This document shows, in pieces, positions 1 to 9,094 of a stretch of 64,000 bases of DNA. Position numbers and translations under genes: made by a program. Each line of letters opens with the position of its first letter. Position 1 is the first letter of the stretch. Origin of the DNA: Burkholderiales bacterium (GTDB lineage Bacteria > Pseudomonadota > Gammaproteobacteria > Burkholderiales > Usitatibacteraceae); contig JANMYH010000234.1 in the NCBI GenBank assembly GCA_031381925.1, forward strand, positions 2,676-66,675, given 5' to 3'. Below the pieces are notes generated by a model. It was not told the DNA's origin, ran no database searches, and was given only the letters and a program-made list of their open reading frames with translations.

Positions 1-1078
1 GCTGTCGATAGCCCGCCGCGTTAGGGTGGTTGTCGCGCAAGTAAAACATGCCCGGGGATAGCGGGCACACGTCGAGCACCCGGAAGAGGCCGATGCGCAG
101 CTCCGCAAGAGTCTTGGCGACATCGATCGTGTATCGGCCTGCGGCCGACTCGTACTTGTCGGGGACATGCACCATGCGAATCGTGGCCTCGGGAAAGCGG
201 GCGCGGATCGCATGCAGTGCGGCGATGTTCGCGTTGTAAGCGCGTTGCCTGGAGACAAGCGTCCCTGCCGAAGGCAGGCGGGCCAGGAACCTGAGAAGCG
301 CCGAATGCCTGAGGACATCGCGTACCCTCGAAGGATTCGATGCGAATCGCCGGCGCACCGCCGCGGCCGTTTCCTGCAACGCGATGGGTGCGGCGTCGAG
401 GCCAACAGAGTAGAACAGGGGTTCCTGCTTTGCGCAGTCCGCGTCCCCTACCCCGGGTGCGCACAGGCGGACCCCGCCTTCGTGCACCAGCGGCTTCCAA
501 AGGGGCCGGAAGAAATCGTCCGACGTCGTGACGATTACGATCTCCGGAAAGTCGGCGACGCGCCGGAAGCTTGCGAGCGCGCGCTCGAAATGCATGACCC
601 CGGTTCCGGGGATGCCGAGGTTGTAGAGCGTCACTCCGGTGCGTTCGCGCAGCTTCGGGACCCAAGCCTCGCCACCCTCGGCGCCAACGCAGTACGAGTT
701 GCCGACGAAGGCAATGGTGCGCGTTCCCTGCCCGGCTAGCGGATAGTCCTGGTCGTCGACGTAGCCACGGTTGTTGGTTCCAAAGCGCACGTCGTATTCG
801 AGCCCGTGGGTCGTGGCCAAGGCGTAGCGCACCACCGCCCGCGGAACAAAACGGACCGCACCAAGATCGTCGGCCTGCATCGAAGGCGTGCCCAGGATAA
901 TCGCGAAGTCGTCGGCCAGGATCCGCGGCTTGGCAAGGCGCACCATCGCCTCGCCGAGGCCCAAAATCACGAGCGATACCAATCCTGCGAGGATCGTTCC
1001 AAGAGCGAACGTGCGCGCTCGTGACCTTTCGGTGGGGAGCTTGGCTCGCCCGTCCCCGGATGGCTCTTCACTACCCAT
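1..1078 (-). CDS. SGNH/GDSL-like hydrolase, paralog 1 (membrane-anchored); 3' end beyond window
   Basis: Absent from the ORF track because the frame stays open to the left edge. Hand translation from ATG at 1078 gives MGSEEPSGDGRAKLPTERSRARTFALGTILAGLVSLVILGLGEAM... with one N-terminal TM helix. Block-I-like 'IAFVGNSYCVG' (Asn replaces the GDS Asp) and block-V-like 'RDNHPNAAGY'. Same architecture as 15808-16914, 19490-20638 and 25068-26081. Confidence 0.6.
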   Translation of the reverse strand, partial: MGSEEPSGDGRAKLPTERSRARTFALGTILAGLVSLVILGLGEAMVRLAKPRILADDFAIILGTPSMQADDLGAVRFVPRAVVRYALATTHGLEYDVRFGTNNRGYVDDQDYPLAGQGTRTIAFVGNSYCVGAEGGEAWVPKLRERTGVTLYNLGIPGTGVMHFERALASFRRVADFPEIVIVTTSDDFFRPLWKPLVHEGGVRLCAPGVGDADCAKQEPLFYSVGLDAAPIALQETAAAVRRRFASNPSRVRDVLRHSALLRFLARLPSAGTLVSRQRAYNANIAALHAIRARFPEATIRMVHVPDKYESAAGRYTIDVAKTLAELRIGLFRVLDVCPLSPGMFYLRDNHPNAAGYRQ

Positions 1079-1337
1079 TTATTTAAGGTGCCCTATAAGC
1101 GACGGCGACCGGTGCGGCTGACGTCAATGCACGCAATCAGCATGGCTCCCGACGGGAATTCCCCTCCGGGCGAATGCTAGCATCCGCGATCGACAGGTGC
1201 GGATGCAAGGAAGGGGAAGGGGCTTCGTCGGCTAACATGGGCACCTACAACGCCAGTCCGTAATGATGAACAACCGGAAACCTGCGCGCGGTGAGCGATT
1301 TGGGAGCCGATGACGCAGCGGGGCCAGGGTCAGCAAC

Positions 1338-2825
1338 TTGAGCGCCAACGCAGTTACGGAGAGCCAGGCGATCCTGGTTTCGGCGCACGTCGGCCGCCTT
1401 GTGCTATCCGTTGCCATCACCAGCCTGCTCGGCCGCCAGCTCGTGCCCGCGGATTTCGGCTTCGTTGCCCTCATCTCGAGCCTCTTCCTGGTCGCCATGG
1501 GTCTCCTCGACATGGGCACCACGGCCGTGGCGACCCGCAGGATTGCGGTGCGGCCCGCGGACGAGCGCGAGACGCTCACGGCGCTGCTTGCCCTGCGCCG
1601 GCTGCTTGCCACGATCCTGCTCGTGGCAGCGATCGGACTCGCGGCCAGCGGCTACCTGGTCCACGGCAAACATCGGGTCGCGCTCCTGGCGACGGCGTTC
1701 GGACTCTATCTCCTGCACCTGCATGGCTATCAAGTGGTGTACCAGGTGCGCCAGGCCTACGGGAAGGCCATCGCGTTCGGACTGATGGGCCAGTTCGGAT
1801 TCCTCGTGGCGAGCTTCGTCGCGCTGAAACTCCATTTCGCCGGCGGCGTGATCGCGTTTCTGGTCGTCGTGCGCGAAATCGTCCAGGCCCTGTGCATCCG
1901 CTGGGTGGCGGTTCGGTTACTGGGATACCGGTTGCGTACCCCGTGGCGGCATCCCGGGATCTGGCCACTCCTGAGAACCGGATGGATGATCGGGCTGGCG
2001 GGCATATGCTACAAGCTCGCGACCTATGCGGGCGGCTTTTTCCTGTGGGGAATGGCATCACCGGAAGCCATGGCAACCTTCAGCGCGGCCCATCGCCTGC
2101 TCGTCACGATGGCGGACATGGCTTGGCTTTTCGTCACTCCGCTCATCGCATCGATGACCGTGGCGGCCGCCCACGGCGCCGGCGCGTTTCGCACGCAGCT
2201 GGAAGGCTACGCAAAGTTCCTCCTGGGCCTGTCGGCGATGGTTGCCGTTGCCGGTTACTTTCTCTCACCCTTGGTCCTGCGCCTGCTCTACGGCGACCAG
2301 TACGCCTCCGGGCCGTGGTCATCGGTGGGAGTGTTCCGATGGCTTTCGCTGGGCTATTTATTCGCGTTGGTGACGCCGGTGCTCGTCGTCGGCGAGTTGG
2401 CGCACGGGCACGCTCGCCCTCTGTTGTACGTGGGGTTGGCTTCCCTCGGTCTCAACGCCGCGTTGAACACCTGGTGGGTGCCGTTGCATGGCCCCGAGGG
2501 TGCCGCCATGGCGCTGTGCGCCAGCGAGGCTTGCGCATTCGCGATGCTGTTGGCGAGATGCGCGAGGCGCCGGGACGTCAAATTGAACGGGGCGTGGGCC
2601 ATCTACCTTCTCCCCGCGATCTTGCTCGGTGTGGCATTGTCATTGCTTGACGATACGCCCCTATTGCAGCTTGCGTTGACGTGCGGATGGGCGCCCGCCG
2701 GCTTGCTGGCGATCCTGAAGCTGCCTGCCCAAAAGGCGTGTCGAGCCAGCCTCGCGTCGGTATCCGCTCGATCGCCGCAACCGGCGGATCCCTTCGCGCA
2801 ATCAATCCGGGGCGATCTCGAATGA
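1338..2825 (+). CDS. MOP-superfamily polysaccharide flippase (Wzx-like), copy 1
   Basis: 495-codon ORF with TTG start, hydrophobic multi-TM throughout. N-terminus 'GRLVLSVAITSLLGRQLVPADFGFVALISSLFLVAMGLLDMG' is typical of polysaccharide biosynthesis (Wzx) proteins. Its stop overlaps the next start (ATGA at 2822-2825). Confidence 0.7.
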   Translation: MSANAVTESQAILVSAHVGRLVLSVAITSLLGRQLVPADFGFVALISSLFLVAMGLLDMGTTAVATRRIAVRPADERETLTALLALRRLLATILLVAAIGLAASGYLVHGKHRVALLATAFGLYLLHLHGYQVVYQVRQAYGKAIAFGLMGQFGFLVASFVALKLHFAGGVIAFLVVVREIVQALCIRWVAVRLLGYRLRTPWRHPGIWPLLRTGWMIGLAGICYKLATYAGGFFLWGMASPEAMATFSAAHRLLVTMADMAWLFVTPLIASMTVAAAHGAGAFRTQLEGYAKFLLGLSAMVAVAGYFLSPLVLRLLYGDQYASGPWSSVGVFRWLSLGYLFALVTPVLVVGELAHGHARPLLYVGLASLGLNAALNTWWVPLHGPEGAAMALCASEACAFAMLLARCARRRDVKLNGAWAIYLLPAILLGVALSLLDDTPLLQLALTCGWAPAGLLAILKLPAQKACRASLASVSARSPQPADPFAQSIRGDLE

Positions 2826-3958
2826 CCCTGAGCCACGAACAGCCGATCCTGTCCCACGGTAGCGGCAGCCTGGTGTCTACCGAAGACGGCCGCACCCTGG
2901 TCGATCTCGCAATGGGCTTTGGCGCCGCCTTCCTCGGCCACGCGCACCCGGTCGTCGGGGCAAGCGTGCAGCAGCGAGCGGGGAGCCTCTGGAGCAGCTC
3001 GCGCAATCCGACGCCAGCCAAGGCACGCGTGAATGCGCTGCTATCGGCGTTGCTGCCACCCGGCCTGCGGCTCGGCGGCCTGTACACGACCGGCATGGAG
3101 GTCGCGGAGTTCGCGATGCGGGTCGCGGCGACGCACACGGGCCGAGGGGAGTTCGCCGGCTTCGCACGGAGCATGCACGGAAAGTCGGCGATGACCGCCG
3201 CGCTGTGCTGGAACAACGCACCGTTGCGGCAGGGGAATCTGCACACGCTGCCGTTCGTTGCGAGCGTCGGAGAGGAGGAGATTCTCGAAGCGCTCGACCG
3301 CCTGCTTCGCACACGGCGCGTCGCCGCCCTGTTTGTCGAACCCATCCAGGGCTCCAATGCAGCCCACGAGGCCTCGATCCCCTTCTACGACCAGGCGATC
3401 GCCTTGTGTCGTGAGCACGGCACCCTTTGCGTGTTCGACGAGATTCTCACGGGGCTGCACCGGACCGGCACCCGGTTCTACGTCGACCGGTTGCGCCAGT
3501 CCCCCGACGTGCTGTTGTTCGCGAAGTGCATGGGCAACGGCTTTCCCGTGTCGACTCTGGCGGTGGGCGAGCACGTCCCCATCCGACCCGAGGCCTCGCC
3601 CGGCAGCACGTTCTCCGGCAATGAGCTCGCCCTGGCGGCGGTCGAGGGCACCCTCGCCGCCATGCGACAGCTCGATATGGAACAGCGTGTCGCCGGGATC
3701 GAAGCCATCGTGCGCTCGGAGCTCGGACAGTTGCAGGTCGCAGGCGCCACATTGCGTGGCCGGGGCGCGCTGTGGGGTCTCGAGCTCGATGACAGATCGA
3801 ACCTGGACGAGACCCTGGGCCGGATTCGCGACGCCGGATTGTTGGTAACATCGGCCGGCCGCGCCATTCGCCTGCTGCCTGCGGCGACGATCGACCCGCA
3901 ACTACTGAAGGGCGCCTGCGAGAAAATCGCGATCGCCTGCGGGGCGGGGCGTCGATGA
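2822..3958 (+). CDS. class III (acetylornithine/GSA-type) PLP-dependent aminotransferase
   Basis: Motifs 'GFGAAFLGHAHP', 'FVEPIQGSN', 'FDEILTG', 'LLFAKCMGNGFP' (PLP-lysine context). Start moved from the track's 2681 to ATG 2822, which overlaps the upstream stop. Confidence 0.8.
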   Translation: MTLSHEQPILSHGSGSLVSTEDGRTLVDLAMGFGAAFLGHAHPVVGASVQQRAGSLWSSSRNPTPAKARVNALLSALLPPGLRLGGLYTTGMEVAEFAMRVAATHTGRGEFAGFARSMHGKSAMTAALCWNNAPLRQGNLHTLPFVASVGEEEILEALDRLLRTRRVAALFVEPIQGSNAAHEASIPFYDQAIALCREHGTLCVFDEILTGLHRTGTRFYVDRLRQSPDVLLFAKCMGNGFPVSTLAVGEHVPIRPEASPGSTFSGNELALAAVEGTLAAMRQLDMEQRVAGIEAIVRSELGQLQVAGATLRGRGALWGLELDDRSNLDETLGRIRDAGLLVTSAGRAIRLLPAATIDPQLLKGACEKIAIACGAGRR

Positions 3959-3989
3959 CGGGCACGCTCCTGCAGCATCGGAGGCTCTT

Positions 3990-4664
3990 GTGACGAGAAA
4001 GCTCTTCATCTTCGGCCTCGGCAACTTCGCCGAGATGGTTCATTACCTGTTCACGACCGACAGCGGCTACGAGGTGGCGGGCTTCACGGTGGATGCGGCG
4101 TACATGGACCGCAGCACATTCAAGGGCCTGCCGGTCGTCGCGTATGAAGAGCTGCGCGTCTCGGCCGATCGCGATGCGCTCGAATTGTTCGTCGCGCTAG
4201 GCGTGGCCAAGATCAACACGTTGCGCGCGCAGAAGGTGGCGCAGGTCGAGGCCGACGGCTTTCGGCTGGCATCGTTCGTGAGCACCAGTGCCCGCATACC
4301 CCCCGATCTGGTTGTGCGTCCCAATACGATGATCATGGACCAGGTGAACATTCATCCGATGGTTCAGGTCGGGTCTGATACCGTCATCTGGAGCAATTCC
4401 CGCATCGCTCTCAAGGTGAAGATCGGGGATCACGTGTGGATCACGTCAGCAGTTGTGGGCGACTCCACGACCATCGGCGACTACAGCTTCATCGGTATCA
4501 ACGCCACCGTGGCGCCGTTCGTAAAGGTCGGCAGCCACAACCTGATCGGCGCCGCCGCAGTGATCCTGCGCGACACGAAGGACTACGAAGTCTACAAGGG
4601 GCCTCGCAGCACCCCCTCAAAGGTCTCGAGCCTGCGAATCCAGAACATTCCGCTCATCCGGTAA
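3990..4664 (+). CDS. NeuD/PglD-family sugar acyltransferase (left-handed beta-helix)
   Basis: GTG start. N-terminal 'KLFIFGLGNFAEMV' Rossmann-like part, then hexapeptide repeats 'VQVGSDTVIWSNSRIALKVKIGDHVWITSAVVGDSTTIGDYSFIGINATV'. Confidence 0.75.
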   Translation: MTRKLFIFGLGNFAEMVHYLFTTDSGYEVAGFTVDAAYMDRSTFKGLPVVAYEELRVSADRDALELFVALGVAKINTLRAQKVAQVEADGFRLASFVSTSARIPPDLVVRPNTMIMDQVNIHPMVQVGSDTVIWSNSRIALKVKIGDHVWITSAVVGDSTTIGDYSFIGINATVAPFVKVGSHNLIGAAAVILRDTKDYEVYKGPRSTPSKVSSLRIQNIPLIR

Positions 4665-4665
4665 C

Positions 4666-5835
4666 TCAGGGCGCGCCCTTCGTCCTTTGCAGCAGTTCCC
4701 ACGGGGACAGGCATTGGCGCAGCCCTTGTTCAATGCGCCTGAACTGCTCGTCCACCTCGAGCGCGCGCCGGGCGAGATCCGGCTCGTCAAGCGCTGCGTC
4801 CAGCGCCAGCAGCGGTGGACGCCAGCCATCGTAGAAGACGCGGATGCCTTCCTGATCGATGGCGGGGAGAAAGTGGATAAGGTGCCCCGCGTCGAAAAAA
4901 AAGACCGGCCGGTTCACCAGCACCCGATGCAAGACCGAGAACGAATAGTAGTTCCAGAAGAACGCATATTCCGCGGCCATCAGCCTGTTCATGTAGCCGT
5001 CATAGGTCGTTTCCCCGTACGCCGTGATCCGCGGCTGGCCGGCAATCCGGGGGCGCAAGGATTTGACCAGATCCTCGGAGCCGATCACGGTAACGTCCCG
5101 ACCCAGCGCGACCCCTTCCTCGAGACGCTCCGCGATCCGCGCGACGAAGGCGTCACCCTGGTCGCGCGAATGCATCTCGAAATCGACCTTTGACAGCACG
5201 AACAGCCACACCGGCCTTGGGCCTGAAGGTGTTTGGCTCGACTTCGGAATGGAGTGCGCGGCGCCGTTGAAGTAACACAGGCGCCGGGCACCGGGCCTGG
5301 GCCGCAGGCGCTGCGTCGGTACGGGATAGATGTGCCACGCGCTTCGCAACTGACGTCCAAGCACAGCGAGATGGCCATACAGGATCGTCGCGGCCGCCGC
5401 ACCGAATGCCCGGCGCCGGATCGCCGCCATCGAAGCGCGTCCCTCGTGTCGCCGTTCGGCGAGGGTCCTGAAATCAAACGCCCGGGGACCGCGCACCAGG
5501 CCCAGGAATGGATCGCTGGTGAGGACAGTGACTCCCGCGCGCCGCAGAAACCGGAGAAGTCTGATGACATCGATCAGCGTAAGGCAGGAATTGATCGCAA
5601 GAAGGTAGCCCGAAGCGAGCATCACCGTGTCGGGCCGAGCTTCCGCCGCCCAGCGAAAGATGTCCGCGAGGCTCGAGTAGATCCGAGTCTCCATTCCGGG
5701 AAGCACATCAGCGCTGCGATCCAGCGGCGGGGGCAGCAGCAACACCGGACTCGCCCCCGCCTCCAGACCCTTGAGGAAATACATGGCGGTGCCAAGCTCC
5801 CCGTAGTCGGAGGAGACAATGACCAGAAGCCTCAT
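4666..5835 (-). CDS. hypothetical protein of the polysaccharide locus (function unknown)
   Basis: Track ORF 4666-6129 trimmed to ATG 5835 ('MRLLVIVSSDYGELG...'), which overlaps the upstream methyltransferase stop (ATGA). I recognise no catalytic motif. Contains a T8 run (plus-strand A8 at 4895-4902). Confidence 0.5.
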   Translation of the reverse strand: MRLLVIVSSDYGELGTAMYFLKGLEAGASPVLLLPPPLDRSADVLPGMETRIYSSLADIFRWAAEARPDTVMLASGYLLAINSCLTLIDVIRLLRFLRRAGVTVLTSDPFLGLVRGPRAFDFRTLAERRHEGRASMAAIRRRAFGAAAATILYGHLAVLGRQLRSAWHIYPVPTQRLRPRPGARRLCYFNGAAHSIPKSSQTPSGPRPVWLFVLSKVDFEMHSRDQGDAFVARIAERLEEGVALGRDVTVIGSEDLVKSLRPRIAGQPRITAYGETTYDGYMNRLMAAEYAFFWNYYSFSVLHRVLVNRPVFFFDAGHLIHFLPAIDQEGIRVFYDGWRPPLLALDAALDEPDLARRALEVDEQFRRIEQGLRQCLSPWELLQRTKGAP

Positions 5836-6671
5836 CGCTGCGGCTTGCGCGCGATCCACACGTCCTGCAGGATGCCGTCCTCGGGAAGCGTGGCGATCCG
5901 CCGGGCGTCGACCCACCCCGCCAGAAGGCGCTCGCGAACGAAAGCCTGCGGGTGTATCGCCAGGAACCACTTCCTGCCTTCCTGGTACTTGCCCTGCACG
6001 ACCAGGCGGCCGGCATCGAATGCCCTTTGCTCGTCTTGCGCCGCAAGAAGGTAGCGATAGGCCTCCCCGTGGGTCGTGAACACCAGTAATCCACCGGGCT
6101 TCAGCACGCGCTTGAGCTCCTCCACCCACACGATTTGCACGGCCTCCGACAGGTGCGTGACGACCGAAAAGCTGTATATGGCGTCGAATCGGGATTCAGG
6201 GACTGGAAGGGGCGGATTGAGGTCATTCTCGACGAACCTGATCCCCGGGAGGTTCTGGCGGCACCACGCGATGCTCTCGGCATTGTAGTCGGCACCGGTC
6301 ATGGAGACCTCCATTCCGGGCAACAGATCCACCATGTGGCGGATGAGCCTTCCCGGCCCGCATCCCCATTCGAGGACCTCCAGCGGCCCTCCCGCCGGGG
6401 AGTGTTCGCGGATGACGCGCGCAAAGAGCCCGGCATGCTGCAGGCCCGATTCCCGGTAGCGCTCCCAGTCGAAGTGATTGAGCGCGTCGAATGCGAGGTG
6501 CCTCGGAGGGGTCGCGAATCCGGGATGGCGTTCACGAAAGCGTCGATTCGCAGGCCCTGCCATCGCCTGGCCCAGTACGAACTTGCAGGAATCGGCAAAC
6601 CGCAGAAGGCCGGCCGCCCTCAACGCCCGGACGAGGAGAAACTTCGTGCGAGATCGCGCCGCTACCGCCAT
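5832..6671 (-). CDS. class I SAM-dependent methyltransferase
   Basis: Motif I 'VLEWGCGPGRLIRHM', then 'FDAIYSFSVVTHL' and 'LKPGGLLVFTTHG'. Confidence 0.8.
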   Translation of the reverse strand: MAVAARSRTKFLLVRALRAAGLLRFADSCKFVLGQAMAGPANRRFRERHPGFATPPRHLAFDALNHFDWERYRESGLQHAGLFARVIREHSPAGGPLEVLEWGCGPGRLIRHMVDLLPGMEVSMTGADYNAESIAWCRQNLPGIRFVENDLNPPLPVPESRFDAIYSFSVVTHLSEAVQIVWVEELKRVLKPGGLLVFTTHGEAYRYLLAAQDEQRAFDAGRLVVQGKYQEGRKWFLAIHPQAFVRERLLAGWVDARRIATLPEDGILQDVWIARKPQR

Positions 6672-6740
6672 GTCATTTCCCGCCGAGTGCCTGTCCGACA
6701 GGATGCTAGCATTCCCCGTTGATCACCCCGGGACGTCGGC

Positions 6741-7658
6741 ATGCAGCACATCGACAAGGTTGTCGAGCAGATGCGAATCGGCGGTTACTTCGACCGCGTG
6801 ATGGCGGGCGGGCCGGAGCTCGACCGCGTCAAGGCGTTCCTCCTCGCCTGTGCCGGCGAAGGCGCCGCTTCCCCCGTCGACCCCTTGCAGCGTCCGCACT
6901 ATCCATGCTTTCCGGGCCTGCGCAACCGGCCCTGGCACCACCCGCGGGACTACGAGGCGGTGCGCATTCTGGAAAGCGGGTTCGCGACCATTCGCGAAGA
7001 GGCGATGCGGATGCGCGATGATGCCAGCGTCGACTATTCGGACGCGGCCCGTCCTTGGCGCTCGTGGAAGAAGCCCTGGACGCTGCTTCTGCCTGCTCCC
7101 CCGCGCAGGACGTGGACCGTGTACCTCCTCCATCACATGGGCGTGAGCGTCGAGGCCCTGGCGGGGAACTGCCCGAAGACCCTGGCCATCGTCAACTCGC
7201 TGCCGCGCGCGTGCACCGAATACGCGTGGGGGGACTTCATCTTTTCGGCGATGAGCGGCGGCGCCCACCTGCGTCCCCATTGCAGCATCGACAACTTCCG
7301 GTTGCGGATCCACCTGGGCATCGTGATTCCTGAGAAATGTTCGATGCGCGTGGGAACCGAAGCGCGCACCTGGGAGGAAGGCAAGTGCCTCGTGTTCGAG
7401 GACTCGTTCGTGCACGAGGTGTGGAACCGCTCGGATTCCCGGCGAATCGTCCTCATTGCCGACCTCTGGCACCCCGACCTCACCGACATCGAAGTGCGCG
7501 CGCTCACGGCCGCCTTTCGCAAGTCGGAAGTGCGCCGGATCTTCATGCGGGAGCGGATCGAGATGACCGACTCGTCGGAGAAGTATGTGCGCTTCATCGA
7601 GGCGGCTCTCGCGATTCAGGACAGCGACCCGATCGTCCGCGAGTTCTGGCCCGGCTAG
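6741..7658 (+). CDS. aspartyl/asparaginyl beta-hydroxylase-family Fe(II)/2-oxoglutarate oxygenase (LpxO-like), soluble
   Basis: 'GAHLRPHCSIDNFRLRIHLGIVIP', 'CLVFEDSFVHEVWN', 'RIVLIADLWHPDL' match the Asp/Asn beta-hydroxylase fold. No TM segment seen. Confidence 0.7.
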   Translation: MQHIDKVVEQMRIGGYFDRVMAGGPELDRVKAFLLACAGEGAASPVDPLQRPHYPCFPGLRNRPWHHPRDYEAVRILESGFATIREEAMRMRDDASVDYSDAARPWRSWKKPWTLLLPAPPRRTWTVYLLHHMGVSVEALAGNCPKTLAIVNSLPRACTEYAWGDFIFSAMSGGAHLRPHCSIDNFRLRIHLGIVIPEKCSMRVGTEARTWEEGKCLVFEDSFVHEVWNRSDSRRIVLIADLWHPDLTDIEVRALTAAFRKSEVRRIFMRERIEMTDSSEKYVRFIEAALAIQDSDPIVREFWPG

Positions 7659-8809
7659 GGAACGAGGTTGCCGTAGATGCCCATCAGCCGCTGGAAGTGA
7701 GCCTGGCCGGTGAATCGGGCTTCGACGTCCTCGCGCCCGTTGCGTCCCAGGCGTCGCGCCAGGTCGGGGTCGTTCCAGATTCGCCTGAGCTTGTCCACCA
7801 GATCCGCGATGTTTCCCGGCTCGAACAGCAATCCCGTCTCGTGGTCGCGCACCGTTTCCTGCAACGCGCCGATGCGCGAGGCGACCACGGGGATGCCGTG
7901 GCTCAGGGCTTCGGCGGCCACGACGCCCATGGTTTCGGGCCAGAGGCTTGGAACCACGATGATGCGCGCCCCGCGATAGAAATCCGCCAGCTCAGCCGGT
8001 GATTTCGGCATTACGAAGGAGGCATCGTCACCCGGGCGTACCGCCGGGTGTCCGGGCGTATCTGCATTGGCGAAGCGCATCGGCAGCCCGGCGCGACGGC
8101 AGGCTTCCACCATGACCTCGACGCCCTTTTCGTGGACGTAGCGCCCCGCGAAGCCCACGTATCGGCCTTGCGCGGGGTCCGTCACGGGCTCCCGCGGCAG
8201 TCCGATTACAAGCGGATTCACCACGACCCGCTCGGCGGCGATCCCGACTCGCCCGATCAGGAAATCCCGCTGGTAGGCGCTGATCGCGATGAACCGATCA
8301 ATGTGCCCGTCAAACAATCCAAAGTGGCGGGCGGAAGCATTGCGCAGCGCATAAGCCACCGACTCCGGGACGCTTTCGCGGCAGTTGCGCAGAACGCACC
8401 AGTATTCGCGCCCGCCGAGGCAGCGGTGACACCCGGCGCCCCGGGTGTGATGGGTCGCGATGGGGCACGAGAGGCGGTAGTCGTAGCACGTCATCACCAC
8501 GGGTATCCCCGCCGCCTTGCAGCGCGGCAGGATCCACGGCGAGATGAGGGGATACAATTCGTGCACGTGAACCACATCGGGGCGGCGGATGCGCAGCACT
8601 TCGGTGAACTCCCGAACTGCCGCGGCGGCGTACAGGCCCCCGGCGAAGGCGGTGAGCTTCCCCCAGAGGTTCGCGGGGAGGTCCCGGCTGTCGCGCGCGA
8701 ATTCCTCAACCTCGACGCCGTTCTGGCGCAGGACCTCGATCGTGCTGGCCGTGCCCCGGTCGGCGCCGCCGAACCCGCGATGGGTGTTATAGGCGTGGAG
8801 TACCCGCAT
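7655..8809 (-). CDS. family 4 (GT-B) glycosyltransferase
   Basis: 'MRVLHAYNTHRGFGGADRG' N-terminus. C-terminal 'VVPSLWPETMGVVAAEALSHGIPVVASRIGALQETV' (EX7E region). Confidence 0.8.
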   Translation of the reverse strand: MRVLHAYNTHRGFGGADRGTASTIEVLRQNGVEVEEFARDSRDLPANLWGKLTAFAGGLYAAAAVREFTEVLRIRRPDVVHVHELYPLISPWILPRCKAAGIPVVMTCYDYRLSCPIATHHTRGAGCHRCLGGREYWCVLRNCRESVPESVAYALRNASARHFGLFDGHIDRFIAISAYQRDFLIGRVGIAAERVVVNPLVIGLPREPVTDPAQGRYVGFAGRYVHEKGVEVMVEACRRAGLPMRFANADTPGHPAVRPGDDASFVMPKSPAELADFYRGARIIVVPSLWPETMGVVAAEALSHGIPVVASRIGALQETVRDHETGLLFEPGNIADLVDKLRRIWNDPDLARRLGRNGREDVEARFTGQAHFQRLMGIYGNLVP

Positions 8810-8905
8810 ATGCGAAACTTACGACCCGGGCTTCCTGTATTTTCCGTGTGGGCATAGGGTATCCGAGCTTTTCCATTCAGGGAAACCTGCTTCCGCTAGG
8901 GCGAG

Positions 8906-9094
8906 ATGATCCAGACGTCACGAGTGCTGATGGGAATCACGCAGTTCAACCGGCCGCAGTTCGTGACGGCGACCGCTCGCAACCTCGTGGCACGAACGCA
9001 TTCGGACCAGCGGGCAATCGTCAGCGACAATCGCTCTCACGAACGGTCTAGAATTTCCCAGGATAGGCAAGCCGCCAAGCCATGGACCCGATGA
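8906..9094 (+). pseudogene. N-terminal remnant of a family 2 glycosyltransferase
   Basis: 62-codon ORF. 'RVLMGITQFNRPQFVTATARNLVARTHSDQRAIVSDNRSHE' aligns by eye with the N-terminus of the intact GT2 at 22867-23853 ('RVFIGIPTLNRPDFVQLAVESVRQQTFQDWRVVISDNASHPE'). It ends after about 60 codons, overlapping the start at 9082. Confidence 0.5.

Noticed and set aside
1310-2650. 446-aa plus-strand ORF, and similar long Arg/Pro/Gly-rich ORFs (21542-23050, 22957-24327, 29927-31669, 33908-35659, 45305-46831, 47029-48099, 60095-62080 N-terminal part)
   Set aside because: Each is an alternative frame or antisense strand of a gene with clear family motifs. Their composition is typical of off-frame translation of GC-rich coding DNA.
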